Notes: generated from the letters alone by a model not told the origin. 64,000 nucleotides of DNA from Planctomycetaceae bacterium (GCA_044378235.1 JBILXT010000002.1:10257-74256); one strand, 5' to 3'; shown: positions 47,252-56,989, numbered from the stretch's first letter. Program-made: numbers and translations.

Positions 47252-47956
47252 CTACTTATTGACCTGTTCGTCTGTATCAACCAGCAGTTGGTACGATTCC
47301 TGCGATGACTCCAACTGACGAAGCTGATCAATCACTCCTTCACGCTGAAGTATTCGCCCGAGACGAGCCAGAATCTGAAGATGGGTTGACGAATCTCGCG
47401 CAAGCACCAGGAAGAACAGATCGGTCATGACTCGTCGCGGCGCACCAAAGGGAATTCCCGACAGTGTTCGGCCGTAGGCAATCACAGACTGGCCCAGAGC
47501 ATCGGGAAGTGGATTTCGCGGGTGCGGTATGGCCACTCCATTTTCGAAACCCGTCGACATCACATCTTCGCGTTCCTTTACGGCTTTCAGTACGGCCGCA
47601 GGATCCCAGACATGCCAGGTTCGGCCAGCGACCTCGATCAAGGCCTGCAGCACTGCCGGACGTGTTCCGGCATCCAGCGGAACCTGACAGGTGTCCGGAT
47701 GCAACAGCTCTGAAATCGCGTTGGGAGTCCGCAGTTCCGTATTTTGCTGTGACTGCTCAAACTGAGCCAGCCCCTGGTCGTCAAGACTGCGAATATCCTG
47801 TTCGAGCCAATGAGTAATCTCGATCTCGTTGAACCGCCACTCGCCCCCGATACGCCGGCCCGGAATGACACCTCGGTTCACGAGCTTTTCGACAAGACGC
47901 CGATCTCGTCCAAGCTTCTGAACCAGTTCATCCAAGTTGTAGAAATCGCGAGACAC
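47252..47956 (-). CDS. excisionase/MerR-type HTH domain fused to PTS EIIA(Ntr)-type domain
   Basis: 234 aa. The N-terminal HTH is LDELVQKLGRDRRLVEKLVNRGVIPGRRIGGEWRF. The EIIA-2 segment has NGVAIPHPR. The stop directly abuts the radical SAM start. Confidence 0.75.
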   Translation of the reverse strand: MSRDFYNLDELVQKLGRDRRLVEKLVNRGVIPGRRIGGEWRFNEIEITHWLEQDIRSLDDQGLAQFEQSQQNTELRTPNAISELLHPDTCQVPLDAGTRPAVLQALIEVAGRTWHVWDPAAVLKAVKEREDVMSTGFENGVAIPHPRNPLPDALGQSVIAYGRTLSGIPFGAPRRVMTDLFFLVLARDSSTHLQILARLGRILQREGVIDQLRQLESSQESYQLLVDTDEQVNK

Positions 47957-48247
47957 GGTTTTGGGGAATCCGATTGAAAACAGGCGGCGGGACTATCGAG
48001 GATAATACAGCAGGAGGGTGTCCCGGTGTTACTTGCTCAAAACACTTCGGGGCGTGCTCTCAAAAAGCAGGTTCCAGAATAGCAACGCAGGTGTCCCAAA
48101 TCGCCCCTCTTTAACCAGCCAAGTTCCTCTTGGCCGGAAATCAGAATTCGGAGTACTATCCCGGGCTTTGTTGAATTGTGAGTAATCGCGAAGGCACTGG
48201 GACGTGTCCCGCTGGCTACTCAAAGGTTGATTCGAGGCGATTTCGAA

Positions 48248-48736
48248 ATGGATTTCAACATTCGCCCTGTTGCCAAAGCCTGCGCAAAATCGGGACGGAC
48301 TTTCCGTCCGGGTGATATGTGCTGGTCTGTGTTGTTCGAGAAAGACGGGCAACTGGTCAGACAGGATTTCAGCGCGGAAGCGTGGGCTGGTCCGCCAACA
48401 GGCGCCATTGGGCACTGGCGATGCCAGGTCCCGGAATCTGCTGATGCAGGTCGCCCGAAGCTGGATGCAGATTCACTGTTCGATTACTTCCTGCAACTCA
48501 GTGATTCCCCCAACATCGTCCAGCAGCAATATCGCTATGTGCTGGCATTGCTGTTGCTACGAAAACGACGATTGATTCTGGAACAGGTCATCGATATCGA
48601 TGATCGTCCGACGATGCATCTGGTTGGCAGCGCTGGTGAAGGTCCGTTTGATGTTCCGGAAGAGGAACTTTCAGAGGATCAGATCGAGAGACTTCAGCAT
48701 CAGTTGTTTGACTCCGGTCGTTCGGCCGCTGCTTAA
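48248..48736 (+). CDS. hypothetical protein
   Basis: 162-aa ORF from ATG 48248 with no recognisable family. The composition is plausibly coding. Confidence 0.45.
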   Translation: MDFNIRPVAKACAKSGRTFRPGDMCWSVLFEKDGQLVRQDFSAEAWAGPPTGAIGHWRCQVPESADAGRPKLDADSLFDYFLQLSDSPNIVQQQYRYVLALLLLRKRRLILEQVIDIDDRPTMHLVGSAGEGPFDVPEEELSEDQIERLQHQLFDSGRSAAA

Positions 48737-48769
48737 CCGTACCAACAATCGTTCTTTCTGGAACACTCG

Positions 48770-49996
48770 TTGATGAACCCTGTTCGAATCATCCTGCTGA
48801 TTGCTCTGACAACCACTGGTTGCCAGCTGGGCGGGCGTCGACAGGAGGTTCGTATCGTTGATCCGGTCCTGCCGGAATCAATTGGGCGCATCGAGCTGGT
48901 CGACTATCTGAACAGCAAAACGGACGGTCTGCAAAGTTGGCGTTGCATGAACACTCACGTTCATGTCAAAAGCCCGGACCTGATGATCCCTCAAAAACTG
49001 AAGGGGACTTTGGCCTGCTCTGCTCCCGGACAATTTCGACTTGTCTGTGACAATACCGTGGGCCATGCTGATTTCGGATCCAATGAGAATATCTGCTGGG
49101 CTTACGTAAAGCCGGGCAAGTCCGTCGTCATGACATGGAAGCATGAGGACTCATCACTGCTTCAGCATTTACCCGGTGGCTTACCGAGGCTGGAACCTGA
49201 ATGGCTGATGACGGTGCTGGGTGTAGAGCCACTGAACGCCGATCGATACGATCTGCAAAATGCCCCAAAGGGATCTAAAGAAGTCTGGCTGGTCGCTATT
49301 GAAGATGCTCCGGACGGATCATCGCTCCGCCGAGTCATCAAAGTGGACACGGTGCTGGGTGTCATCCGACGTCATGCCCTCTATGACAGCGATGCTCAGC
49401 CGCTGCTGATTGCAGATCTCAGCGACTACAAGTCCTGCGGTAAGCACGAGCTGCCTCATACCATTCGCATCGACTTCCCTAAAACAGAAACTCAGCTGAC
49501 GCTGAAGTTCTCTGGCATCGAAACGGGCTGCCAAGTCGCCGAAACGTTATGGCAGCCTCCTCGAAATGTGGAAGTTATGGATCTCGGAGATTACGTTCGT
49601 CTGCAAATGCAGCACGACCCGCACTTCGCACCTCAGGGACGTTCTGGTTCCTCATCAGGAGCCAGCCCCGGTGCCCAAACGGCTTACATTCCGGAGCATC
49701 GCAACCCACAAGGTGGCAACGCGAATGTCGACTCAGAGCCATTAATTGATAATGAGCCATCGTTCGACGATGAGTCCCCCAATCATCTTCTGACTGGAAA
49801 TGAAAAGTTCTATTCGCCCGATGGTGAGAACAGCTTCGACGACCCGGGCGCCAGCGGCGATCACGCCAGCGAAGAAGATTGGGAACGCGCTCTGACGGAA
49901 GAGTCACTCGTCCCCGATTTTGACGTCGTCGCGCCGCCCTCGTCTTCTCAGGGCAAAAAACGCTGGTTTCAATTCTGGAAGAAGCAAGAGCGTTAG
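48770..49996 (+). CDS. hypothetical lipoprotein with disordered acidic C-terminal region
   Basis: 408 aa with a lipobox-like ALTTTGCQLG. The C-terminal third is low-complexity (S/G/P/D/E). Confidence 0.55.
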   Translation: MMNPVRIILLIALTTTGCQLGGRRQEVRIVDPVLPESIGRIELVDYLNSKTDGLQSWRCMNTHVHVKSPDLMIPQKLKGTLACSAPGQFRLVCDNTVGHADFGSNENICWAYVKPGKSVVMTWKHEDSSLLQHLPGGLPRLEPEWLMTVLGVEPLNADRYDLQNAPKGSKEVWLVAIEDAPDGSSLRRVIKVDTVLGVIRRHALYDSDAQPLLIADLSDYKSCGKHELPHTIRIDFPKTETQLTLKFSGIETGCQVAETLWQPPRNVEVMDLGDYVRLQMQHDPHFAPQGRSGSSSGASPGAQTAYIPEHRNPQGGNANVDSEPLIDNEPSFDDESPNHLLTGNEKFYSPDGENSFDDPGASGDHASEEDWERALTEESLVPDFDVVAPPSSSQGKKRWFQFWKKQER

Positions 49997-50090
49997 TTCG
50001 ACCGTCCCAAATTGCGTTTTGTGGACGCCACTCAGCTTGCCTGAGTGGTGAAGCGTCTGGCAACCAGAGTCTAAATGCGATTGAACGGCA

Positions 50091-50139
50091 CCCAATTCCC
50101 TTTCACGACTGCCGAAGGCAGTCGTGAAAGGGAATTGGG
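50091..50139. repeat. perfect 23-bp inverted repeat with a 3-nt loop (bidirectional terminator-like hairpin)
   Basis: CCCAATTCCCTTTCACGACTGCC-GAA-GGCAGTCGTGAAAGGGAATTGGG, between convergent genes. Confidence 0.8.
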
Positions 50140-50272
50140 GAATCAACAACGACGCGTTTCTGGTGACCAAACCATCTCACCTTCGGCACGAGGCCGAAGG
50201 GGTCGATCATGGACAGTCGAATGAGTTGTATGTCAGGTCTTTTGCACAGCCGCCACCTCGAATCACCCTGCC

Positions 50273-51694
50273 TTATTCCGGATGAGGATTTAATCGCGGA
50301 TACAAATGCCACGCTGGCAGAGACAGATGAAAGATGCCGGGATGGTTCTTTGCTCGCGCGGCGGTGATTCGATCAAACTCACTGGGATGGCTGTCAAACC
50401 AGCGAGTTGGTGTCTGGAGAGCCTTTTCAATCTGCTTGACCGCGCGTTCTGTTTTGGCATCTGCTGCGGCGACGACTTCTGCGGAGAAATTCTCCATTCC
50501 ATTGGGCTGAAACAGCACCTCAAATACATAAGAGGGCCCTCGGCGAATAATCTCCTTCTGCCCCATCGAAAGTTCAATCAACCTTCGCACCGTTCCAAAA
50601 AACGCATCGCTGCCAACAAGCTCTGCTTCGTAGCGATCGGCGTCAAACTCTTGTCGACGCGAAACAAACATCGTCACCAACAGCCCCACCATAGCGAGAC
50701 CTTTGATCACAAGCGAACCAATCGACTGCGTCGCCCACAACACAAAACGGAAAACCATCTCAATAGAGGAATCCGTGTGACTGTCGTCCATCACCTGATC
50801 CGCGAAATCACTCTGCATACCGGATGCTTTAAGGCACCAGACAGAGAAGTTCAAGACAAAATGGCGAAGGAACATACCGCCGCGCTGGCTGAAATGTCCG
50901 AGTTCGTGAGCAATAATGCCGGCCAGCTGTCGAGTGTCCAGGCCCGCAATCAAAGGCGCGCCAATAGACAATACAAGTTGCTTCCGAAACAGTCCGAAGA
51001 ATCCTGAGTAGCTTGCTGACGCATTGACATCATATGTCAGCCGAATCTCTGAAGGGACCGGCGAGCCCAGTGATTCAGCGATCCGAGAAACGAACGAATG
51101 CAGCACAGGAGCATCTCGCAGCGTGACGATCTTTCCCCCGTGTTCCGAATGATCCCAAGAGAACAACGGACGCACGAGCGACCAAACCAGCGCACCGCCG
51201 GCAAAAACGACAGCGCCGTGAAATGCCAGAATCAGCGCTGTCGATCGTCCACGAAATCCGAGCCCCGTCGGCAGAATGCTGGTCGCATACCAGTAAACGC
51301 CGTAACCAGTTCCCACAATCAATGCAAAATAGATGACAATCAAACAGCAGACAGCTAGTGCCGTAAACAACAAAGCCAAACGGTAGCCAACCCCCGGACC
51401 TCGCCGCGGAATTGTCCCCTGAAAGCCAGCGAGCAGTTTACGCAGCACATCGGCCGAAGAGTCTTTGTTCTTCTTCTGAGAACTCACAGGCTGAGGAAGC
51501 TGCTGCTGCGCCGGAACGGCAAACTGCTCCAGCGTCTCTAAAAACTCATCAGCAACATCGACAGACACATCTTCAACAGGTGCCGTCCACTCTATCCTTG
51601 CCGAACACCGCGGACACTTTCCTCGAAAGCTGGTCTTTCCCGCCTTCAACTTCAACTTTGCGCTGCAATGTTCACAGGTGAGTGAAGAACTCAT
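50273..51694 (-). CDS. M48-family zinc metalloprotease with N-terminal zinc ribbon and TM helices
   Basis: 473 aa. Zinc ribbon: CEHCSAKLKL...CPRCSARIEW. HExxH motif: IIAHELGHF. There are several TM segments. Confidence 0.8.
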   Translation of the reverse strand: MSSSLTCEHCSAKLKLKAGKTSFRGKCPRCSARIEWTAPVEDVSVDVADEFLETLEQFAVPAQQQLPQPVSSQKKNKDSSADVLRKLLAGFQGTIPRRGPGVGYRLALLFTALAVCCLIVIYFALIVGTGYGVYWYATSILPTGLGFRGRSTALILAFHGAVVFAGGALVWSLVRPLFSWDHSEHGGKIVTLRDAPVLHSFVSRIAESLGSPVPSEIRLTYDVNASASYSGFFGLFRKQLVLSIGAPLIAGLDTRQLAGIIAHELGHFSQRGGMFLRHFVLNFSVWCLKASGMQSDFADQVMDDSHTDSSIEMVFRFVLWATQSIGSLVIKGLAMVGLLVTMFVSRRQEFDADRYEAELVGSDAFFGTVRRLIELSMGQKEIIRRGPSYVFEVLFQPNGMENFSAEVVAAADAKTERAVKQIEKALQTPTRWFDSHPSEFDRITAARAKNHPGIFHLSLPAWHLYPRLNPHPE

Positions 51695-52026
51695 GAATCA
51701 CTTGTCACATCTATTGCAGCAAAAGTACAGAGATGCTGTAGACGCAGAGCCGTCGAAACGCTTCTCGCTCGCGTCGGCTATCCGAAGCCTTATCTTCCGG
51801 ACTGCAACACAAGGCACGGTGCACACCACTCCGCGTTGGCGGGACCTATTCTCAGATGCCAGAGACTCTATGTAATGATTTTTGGAATTGCGAGCGTCCC
51901 TGAATCAGCTGGTCCGAAGGATCTTCGGCCGATCCGGGGCGAGGCGTCCAGAGCAATCGATCAACAGACTATTCGCAAGCCTGCCCGACAGTCCGGCAGA
52001 TCAGGATTCTTCTCAAGGGAGCGCGT

Positions 52027-52055
52027 AAAAAAAGCCCGCCGAAAAATCGGCGAGC
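52027..52055 (-). terminator. rho-independent terminator after tRNA-Glu
   Basis: On the minus strand: GCTCGCCGA-TTTT-TCGGCGGGC followed by 7 T. Confidence 0.75.
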
Positions 52056-52064
52056 TTTCAAGAG

Positions 52065-52139
52065 TGACCCCAAGGGGATTTGAACCCCTGTTACCGGAAT
52101 GAAAATCCGATGTCCTAGACCTAACTAGACGATGGGGCC
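52065..52139 (-). tRNA. tRNA-Glu (anticodon UUC)
   Basis: The minus strand reads GGCCCCATCGTCTAGTTAGGTCTAGGACATCGGATTTTCATTCCGGTAACAGGGGTTCAAATCCCCTTGGGGTCA. It aligns closely with E. coli tRNA-Glu as I recall it. The anticodon loop is TTTTCAT. No CCA is encoded. Confidence 0.9.
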
Positions 52140-52196
52140 GAATGAACGACCTGTTCAGAGCGGGAAAGATAGCGAACCACCTTCCGGCAAATCAAA

Positions 52197-52415
52197 TCAG
52201 TAAGCCGTTGAGTCGCAGGATTCTTCGGAACGATCTGCAGCCAACTTCAGTTTTTCACCCAGAATAGCTTCCAGGACCTCCTGGCGATGGACGGTCACAT
52301 CACGTGGCGCTTCAATTCCGATCCTGACCTTGTCCCCTCTGACCTCAACCACAGTCACTACGACATTGTCATTGATGACAATGCTTTCGTTCTTCTTCCT
52401 TGATAAAACCAGCAT
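52197..52415 (-). CDS. csrA: carbon storage regulator CsrA
   Basis: Start set to the internal ATG at 52415, preceded by GGGAGG. N-terminal sequence: MLVLSRKKNESIVINDNVVVTVVEVRGDKVRIGIEAPRDVTVHRQEV. Confidence 0.9.
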   Translation of the reverse strand: MLVLSRKKNESIVINDNVVVTVVEVRGDKVRIGIEAPRDVTVHRQEVLEAILGEKLKLAADRSEESCDSTAY

Positions 52416-52562
52416 GGAAACCTCCCAACATCCTGCGAATGCTCCCCGCGACTGTGTCCAGCGAGTCAAAATACGCCTCCTACATGCTAGACGTGCCCAA
52501 TCGCATCGTCAACATGCGTTCCGGCAATTCCTGCCGGAACGGTCCAGAGTTCGCTATCAATG

Positions 52563-52596
52563 AAAAAAGGTGCCTGTTTCTCGCGGAAACGGCACC
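52563..52596 (-). terminator. rho-independent terminator after the HU gene
   Basis: On the minus strand: GGTGCCGTTTC-CGCGA-GAAACAGGCACC followed by 6 T. Confidence 0.8.
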
Positions 52597-52672
52597 CTTT
52601 GATCAAACCCTCAGCGTCACCGACCGGGAATTAGGCTCCGGACCAGTGAGTTTCCCCGAAAAAAAGGGAAAA

Positions 52673-52987
52673 CTAGATGAGTTCTTTCAGCTTCTTCAGA
52701 GCGCGAACCTTGACGACCTTCTTTGCTGGCTTTGCTGCAATCTTGATCTCTTCGCCAGTCGCTGGATTGCGGCCAGTGCGTTCTTTGGTTGCAGGGCGAG
52801 TGTGTACATAGATCTTCAGCAGACCTGGCAGGTTGAACACTCCTGGGCCCTTGGAAACGTTTGAGGCAATCAGTGCTTCCAGAGCTTCCAGAACAGCCCC
52901 AACTTCCTTCCGGCTCTGTCCGGTGGCGTCTGCCAGGGCATTCAAAATGTCGGTCTTTGACAGAGGCTTATCAGACTTTTTAGCCAT
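52673..52987 (-). CDS. hup: HU-family nucleoid DNA-binding protein
   Basis: 104 aa with LSKTDILNALADATGQSRKEVGAVLEAL and the arm region RTGRNPATGEEIKIAAKPAKKVVKVRA. Confidence 0.9.
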   Translation of the reverse strand: MAKKSDKPLSKTDILNALADATGQSRKEVGAVLEALEALIASNVSKGPGVFNLPGLLKIYVHTRPATKERTGRNPATGEEIKIAAKPAKKVVKVRALKKLKELI

Positions 52988-53291
52988 CGGGAATTCTCTC
53001 CTTCAATTCAATTTCAGAACGGGAACAAACTGGTCACAAAGAGGGAATGTCTTTGGAGACACGAAAAACCCTCGTATTTTTGCAGGAAGTAGAGTTCTGA
53101 TCCTCGGAGGTGTCAATCGATCGCAGCGGTTAAAATTCTGATTTCCTTCAGTTTTGCTAGGATTTTTCGCATCTTTGCCTCACCTGTCAAAATTCTGACG
53201 GACTCCCCAGTTCGCTCCGGGATTTCAGAGAACTTCCGGTTACGATTCTGGAATTCCATCCGTTCTGCTTTCAGGAACAGGCGTTGCACTT

Positions 53292-53975
53292 ATGTCGTTG
53301 CGAGTCATCTCCGGTCAGTATCGTCGTCGGCTGTTGAAGACTCCTTCCGATGATTCCACTCGACCGTACACAGACCGCGTGCGGCAAATGGTTTTTGACC
53401 GCCTGAACAAACTGATTCCCAACGCTCGGGTTGCTGATGTTTTTTCGGGCGTTGGATCAATGGGAATGGAGTCGCTGAGCCGCGGGGCCAAATCCTGCGT
53501 GTTCTTCGAAGCCAGTCCGGAAATCCACGAACTGCTCGTTTCGAACGTTAAGTCAATCGCCCCCGAAGCTCGAACCATCTGCTGGAAGACGGATGTACGC
53601 AGAACATCCTTTCGCCCCAAAGGTGGTGACGACTGCCTGCCGTACACCCTGATCTTCTTTGATCCTCCTTATCGAACTGCTGATGAAATCGCTCCCGGAA
53701 AGCCGCTGTGGGCCAGCCTGAAGCGATTGGCTCGCGACTCAATCTCCAGTGCCGACTGTGTCCTGGTTCTACGGACTCCGGAGCATTTTGATACGCCCGA
53801 GCTAGCCCAGTGGCAGGTTCATGACTGCTGGGAAATTTCCTCCATGATGATCTGGATCATGACCAAACCCGGCGCGTTCGCTGACGATGAAGAGATCGAC
53901 GACGAGTCCGGTGAGGCATCAACTGAAACCATTGTTGCTGATGACGACGTCGAAGAGTCCGAGATCGACGAATAG
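53292..53975 (+). CDS. rsmD: 16S rRNA (guanine966-N2)-methyltransferase RsmD-like, with acidic C-terminal tail
   Basis: Sequence features: MSLRVISGQYRRRLLKTP, DVFSGVGSMGMESLSRGA and FFDPPY. The last ~40 aa are Asp/Glu-rich. Confidence 0.8.
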   Translation: MSLRVISGQYRRRLLKTPSDDSTRPYTDRVRQMVFDRLNKLIPNARVADVFSGVGSMGMESLSRGAKSCVFFEASPEIHELLVSNVKSIAPEARTICWKTDVRRTSFRPKGGDDCLPYTLIFFDPPYRTADEIAPGKPLWASLKRLARDSISSADCVLVLRTPEHFDTPELAQWQVHDCWEISSMMIWIMTKPGAFADDEEIDDESGEASTETIVADDDVEESEIDE

Positions 53976-54039
53976 ACGGGCAGTCGGCAACAAGCTTTCA
54001 TGGCTCGAGGTTGCGCCATAGGGATTGGACAACAGGCTG

Positions 54040-55059
54040 TCAGTTCTCGCGGCGATCTTTACGAGAGACCCACGGCATCTCCAACTGCTTCAGATTCTTC
54101 GTCATGAAGTCTGTAATGTCCTTGTTAGCCTCATCGACTTTGGCTTCCAGAAAACGCTCAGCGCGAATGTTTCCCGGGGCAATCACCAGCTTGCGAAATT
54201 CGGCATAGGCTGCATCTTTTGGATCAACCGCCTTAAAGAACTTTTCAGCGTTCTTGAGATCTTCCTTGTTGTCCTTTGCGGCAATTATGTAGACCGCAAT
54301 CGGTAACGGCTTAATCGCTTTGAGGATCGTGGTTGAGTTAATCCCCTTCACGGTCGTCGCCGGGCTGTAGCAGATCAGCGCGCGAACATCCTGGCCGCGA
54401 GGTGTACTGGTCGCCAAAGTCGGGCCATCCGGGTAAGGCTTCTTATCCCAGTCCGCGACAGCAAACGCTGCCGCAACCATTGAGCTGGAGCCCATCGAAA
54501 CAATACCCAGCTTGCGTACATTCAATTTCTCGGCAGTATGTTCAGCCAACAGGAATGCCTTAATCGCTTCCATGTCGGCCGTGACCATCAGCGGATAATC
54601 ATCGGTGGTCATTTTCAGCACCGAAGCTTCCTTGCCTTCGGCCAATGGAGGAATACTTTCTCCATGCTTTCGCAGGTCTGCGGTGATTACCGCAAACCCA
54701 CTTTTCTGAAGCGCGAGTGCCGTTGATTGCCAGATCAGCCGATTGCGAGCATCGACCTTGTCTGATCCGTCTGTACTCGTCAGCAGAATGACGACGGGCG
54801 ATTCTTTGCCCGACTGAGACTCAAAATAAGTTGTAACAATTGGCCAGCCTGCCGCATTCAGAGGCATCACAGTGCCCGCGTCACTGCCAGCCGCAGTCCC
54901 CCCTTTCTTGCCCTTTTCCGCAGCAGGTGCACCTTTCTGAGGAACCGCGGCCTTGGACTGAGCCGCACTTTTCTGCTGCGCGGAACAGGGCTGAACCACG
55001 GTCAGACCTAACACCAGGGCACACAACAAGGATGCGGTAGTTCGCAACGCAGGCATCAT
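54040..55059 (-). CDS. hypothetical secreted protein, alpha/beta-hydrolase-like
   Basis: 339 aa with a signal peptide (LLCALVLGLTVVQPCSA). No canonical GxSxG was seen. Confidence 0.6.
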   Translation of the reverse strand: MMPALRTTASLLCALVLGLTVVQPCSAQQKSAAQSKAAVPQKGAPAAEKGKKGGTAAGSDAGTVMPLNAAGWPIVTTYFESQSGKESPVVILLTSTDGSDKVDARNRLIWQSTALALQKSGFAVITADLRKHGESIPPLAEGKEASVLKMTTDDYPLMVTADMEAIKAFLLAEHTAEKLNVRKLGIVSMGSSSMVAAAFAVADWDKKPYPDGPTLATSTPRGQDVRALICYSPATTVKGINSTTILKAIKPLPIAVYIIAAKDNKEDLKNAEKFFKAVDPKDAAYAEFRKLVIAPGNIRAERFLEAKVDEANKDITDFMTKNLKQLEMPWVSRKDRREN

Positions 55060-55358
55060 TCGGCTCCGAAAAGCGGGGTGGTCACGATCGGCAGGATTAG
55101 TAATTTGTCAACGACAGTCCCGATTTTCGGACAAGTTACTCGATGGTCAAGCCTGAAGGGGCGTTCCCTGAGAAATACATCAAACGCTCGCACAAGTTCG
55201 CCGGCCCACGAAACATAGGAACTCCGGTCTGTGGTGCTGGTTGCAAAATGCCAGCTTTCGGACTTGGCCTTTCGCGTTGCGGCCAGTGGCTTTTCGTCGG
55301 CAAAGTCAACCTCTATCATCCCGCCTGTGCAGTCTCGCCATTCGAATACAAATTGCAT
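55056..55358 (-). CDS. hypothetical small protein (100 aa), tentative
   Basis: Its stop overlaps the start of 54040..55059 in an ATGA arrangement. No family recognised. Confidence 0.3.
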   Translation of the reverse strand: MQFVFEWRDCTGGMIEVDFADEKPLAATRKAKSESWHFATSTTDRSSYVSWAGELVRAFDVFLRERPFRLDHRVTCPKIGTVVDKLLILPIVTTPLFGAE

Positions 55359-55509
55359 CCGATTTCGAATTGCGCCTGGTCTGAACCTGTCAAAACAGGA
55401 GATTTCCCCGGAAACAGCTTATGATGTTTCCCGAGTTATCTCGCGGGATCCTGGCCATGGCGAGACAAAGAGAACAAAGACGTACGTTAGCTTAAGAAGG
55501 TTGATTGCG

Positions 55510-56337
55510 ATGGGTCTGTTTGCAGGCAAGAAGGGCATTGTTTTGGGGATCGCCAACGAGCGATCAATCGCGTGGGCCATTACCGAGTTCCTGCACCGCG
55601 AAGGTGCGGAAATGGGATTCACGCACCTGCCGGACTCCGGAGATCGACCAAAGAATCACAATAAGGTTGCCAAGCTTGTCGATCCGATCGGTTCAAAGTT
55701 TCTGATGCCGATGGACGTCTGCAACGACGAACACATCGACGCCGTGATTGCAAAAGCTGTTGAAACCTTCGGCAAGCTGGACTTCATTCTGCACAGCATC
55801 GCCTTTGCTCCACCTGCAGATCTGACAGGTCCAACTTGGGCGTGCAGCCGCGGTGGTTTCAAGACAGCGATGGAAATCAGTGCGTATAGCCTGTTGGCCG
55901 TTGCCGGTGCTGCGAAGAAACGTGACGCTCTCAGCAGTGACTCCAGCATTCTGACTCTTTCCTACTTCGGTGGCGAAGAAGTTGTCCCAGGTTACAACCT
56001 GATGGGAATCTGCAAAGCCGCTTTGGAATGCAGCGTACGTTACCTGGCCAGCGAACTTGGACCTGCAGGAACTCGAGTCAACGCGATCAGCGCGGGGCCT
56101 TTGCGAACCGTCAGCTCCAGCGGAGTTGGTGACTTCGACAAAATGCAGATTGTGAATGCCTCGATATCTCCTCTGCGTCGAAATCTTGACGCAGAAGAAG
56201 TTGGCAGCATGGGCATGGTAATGCTGAGCAAACTGTCCAGCGGTATGACGGGCGAAGTCGTCCACGTCGACTGTGGCTTCAATATCATGGGGGCACCCCC
56301 CGCCGATTTCCTTGAAACGGCTGCAGCAGCCCGCTGA
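55510..56337 (+). CDS. fabI: enoyl-[acyl-carrier-protein] reductase (NADH) FabI
   Basis: Start set to ATG 55510. N-terminal sequence: MGLFAGKKGIVLGIANERSIAWAI. Also YNLMGICKAALE (Y..K). Confidence 0.9.
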   Translation: MGLFAGKKGIVLGIANERSIAWAITEFLHREGAEMGFTHLPDSGDRPKNHNKVAKLVDPIGSKFLMPMDVCNDEHIDAVIAKAVETFGKLDFILHSIAFAPPADLTGPTWACSRGGFKTAMEISAYSLLAVAGAAKKRDALSSDSSILTLSYFGGEEVVPGYNLMGICKAALECSVRYLASELGPAGTRVNAISAGPLRTVSSSGVGDFDKMQIVNASISPLRRNLDAEEVGSMGMVMLSKLSSGMTGEVVHVDCGFNIMGAPPADFLETAAAAR

Positions 56338-56432
56338 AGTCCGCTTCCGATTTCGTCATCCCACCACTCCGAAACCGCCACAATGCGGGTTCGTTGAGCC
56401 TGGTGGGGACGAATGCGAACATAGTGAGTGAA

Positions 56433-56828
56433 ATGTCAAATCTTCGAAAGCGAATCGGTATTGCGGTCGTCGAATCAGCCGGTCGAATTTTGGTCGGAAT
56501 ACGGCCGGCCGGTGTTCCTCTGGCAGGCCTTTCGGAATTCCCGGGAGGAAAGTGCGAAGCCGATGAAACGCCTCGCTCCTGCGCGGTCCGTGAATGTCGT
56601 GAAGAAACTGGCTTGCTGATTGTTCCGCGAGAGCACCTGGCAACCGTCCAGCACAGCTATGCACACGGCGATGTGGAGCTGCATTTCTGGCGTTGTGGTC
56701 TGAGTCCCGGATTGCCGGATCAGGCTCCTGCGACGTTTCCGTTTCGCTGGGTGACTTTTGAAGAACTGGCGACTCTGGAGTTCCCCGAGGCCAATAAATC
56801 GGTCCTCGAACAGTTGCTGCGTGAATAA
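56433..56828 (+). CDS. NUDIX hydrolase (MutT-like)
   Basis: Nudix box GGKCEADETPRSCAVRECREETGL. The start at ATG 56433 is the likelier one. Confidence 0.8.
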   Translation: MSNLRKRIGIAVVESAGRILVGIRPAGVPLAGLSEFPGGKCEADETPRSCAVRECREETGLLIVPREHLATVQHSYAHGDVELHFWRCGLSPGLPDQAPATFPFRWVTFEELATLEFPEANKSVLEQLLRE

Positions 56829-56989
56829 ACCTTAACCTAAGGCGGCAATACGCGACGACTTTTCCGGCAGTGAGTTCCTGTTTTTGATTCGCAACGGAAC
56901 CCCTGCCCGCGGGAATTCTATCAGGCACTGGCAATCATCGTGTTGCAGGGGTAGAGTGTTACGTTGTTACTCGTCACGAGTCATTCCGA

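Noticed and set aside
51836-52102. 88-aa plus-strand ORF
   Set aside because: It overlaps the tRNA-Glu gene and its terminator on the opposite strand.
55231-55509. 93-codon N-terminal extension of fabI
   Set aside because: FabI homology begins at MGLFAGKKGIVLG (ATG 55510), and the upstream part has no similarity to FabI.
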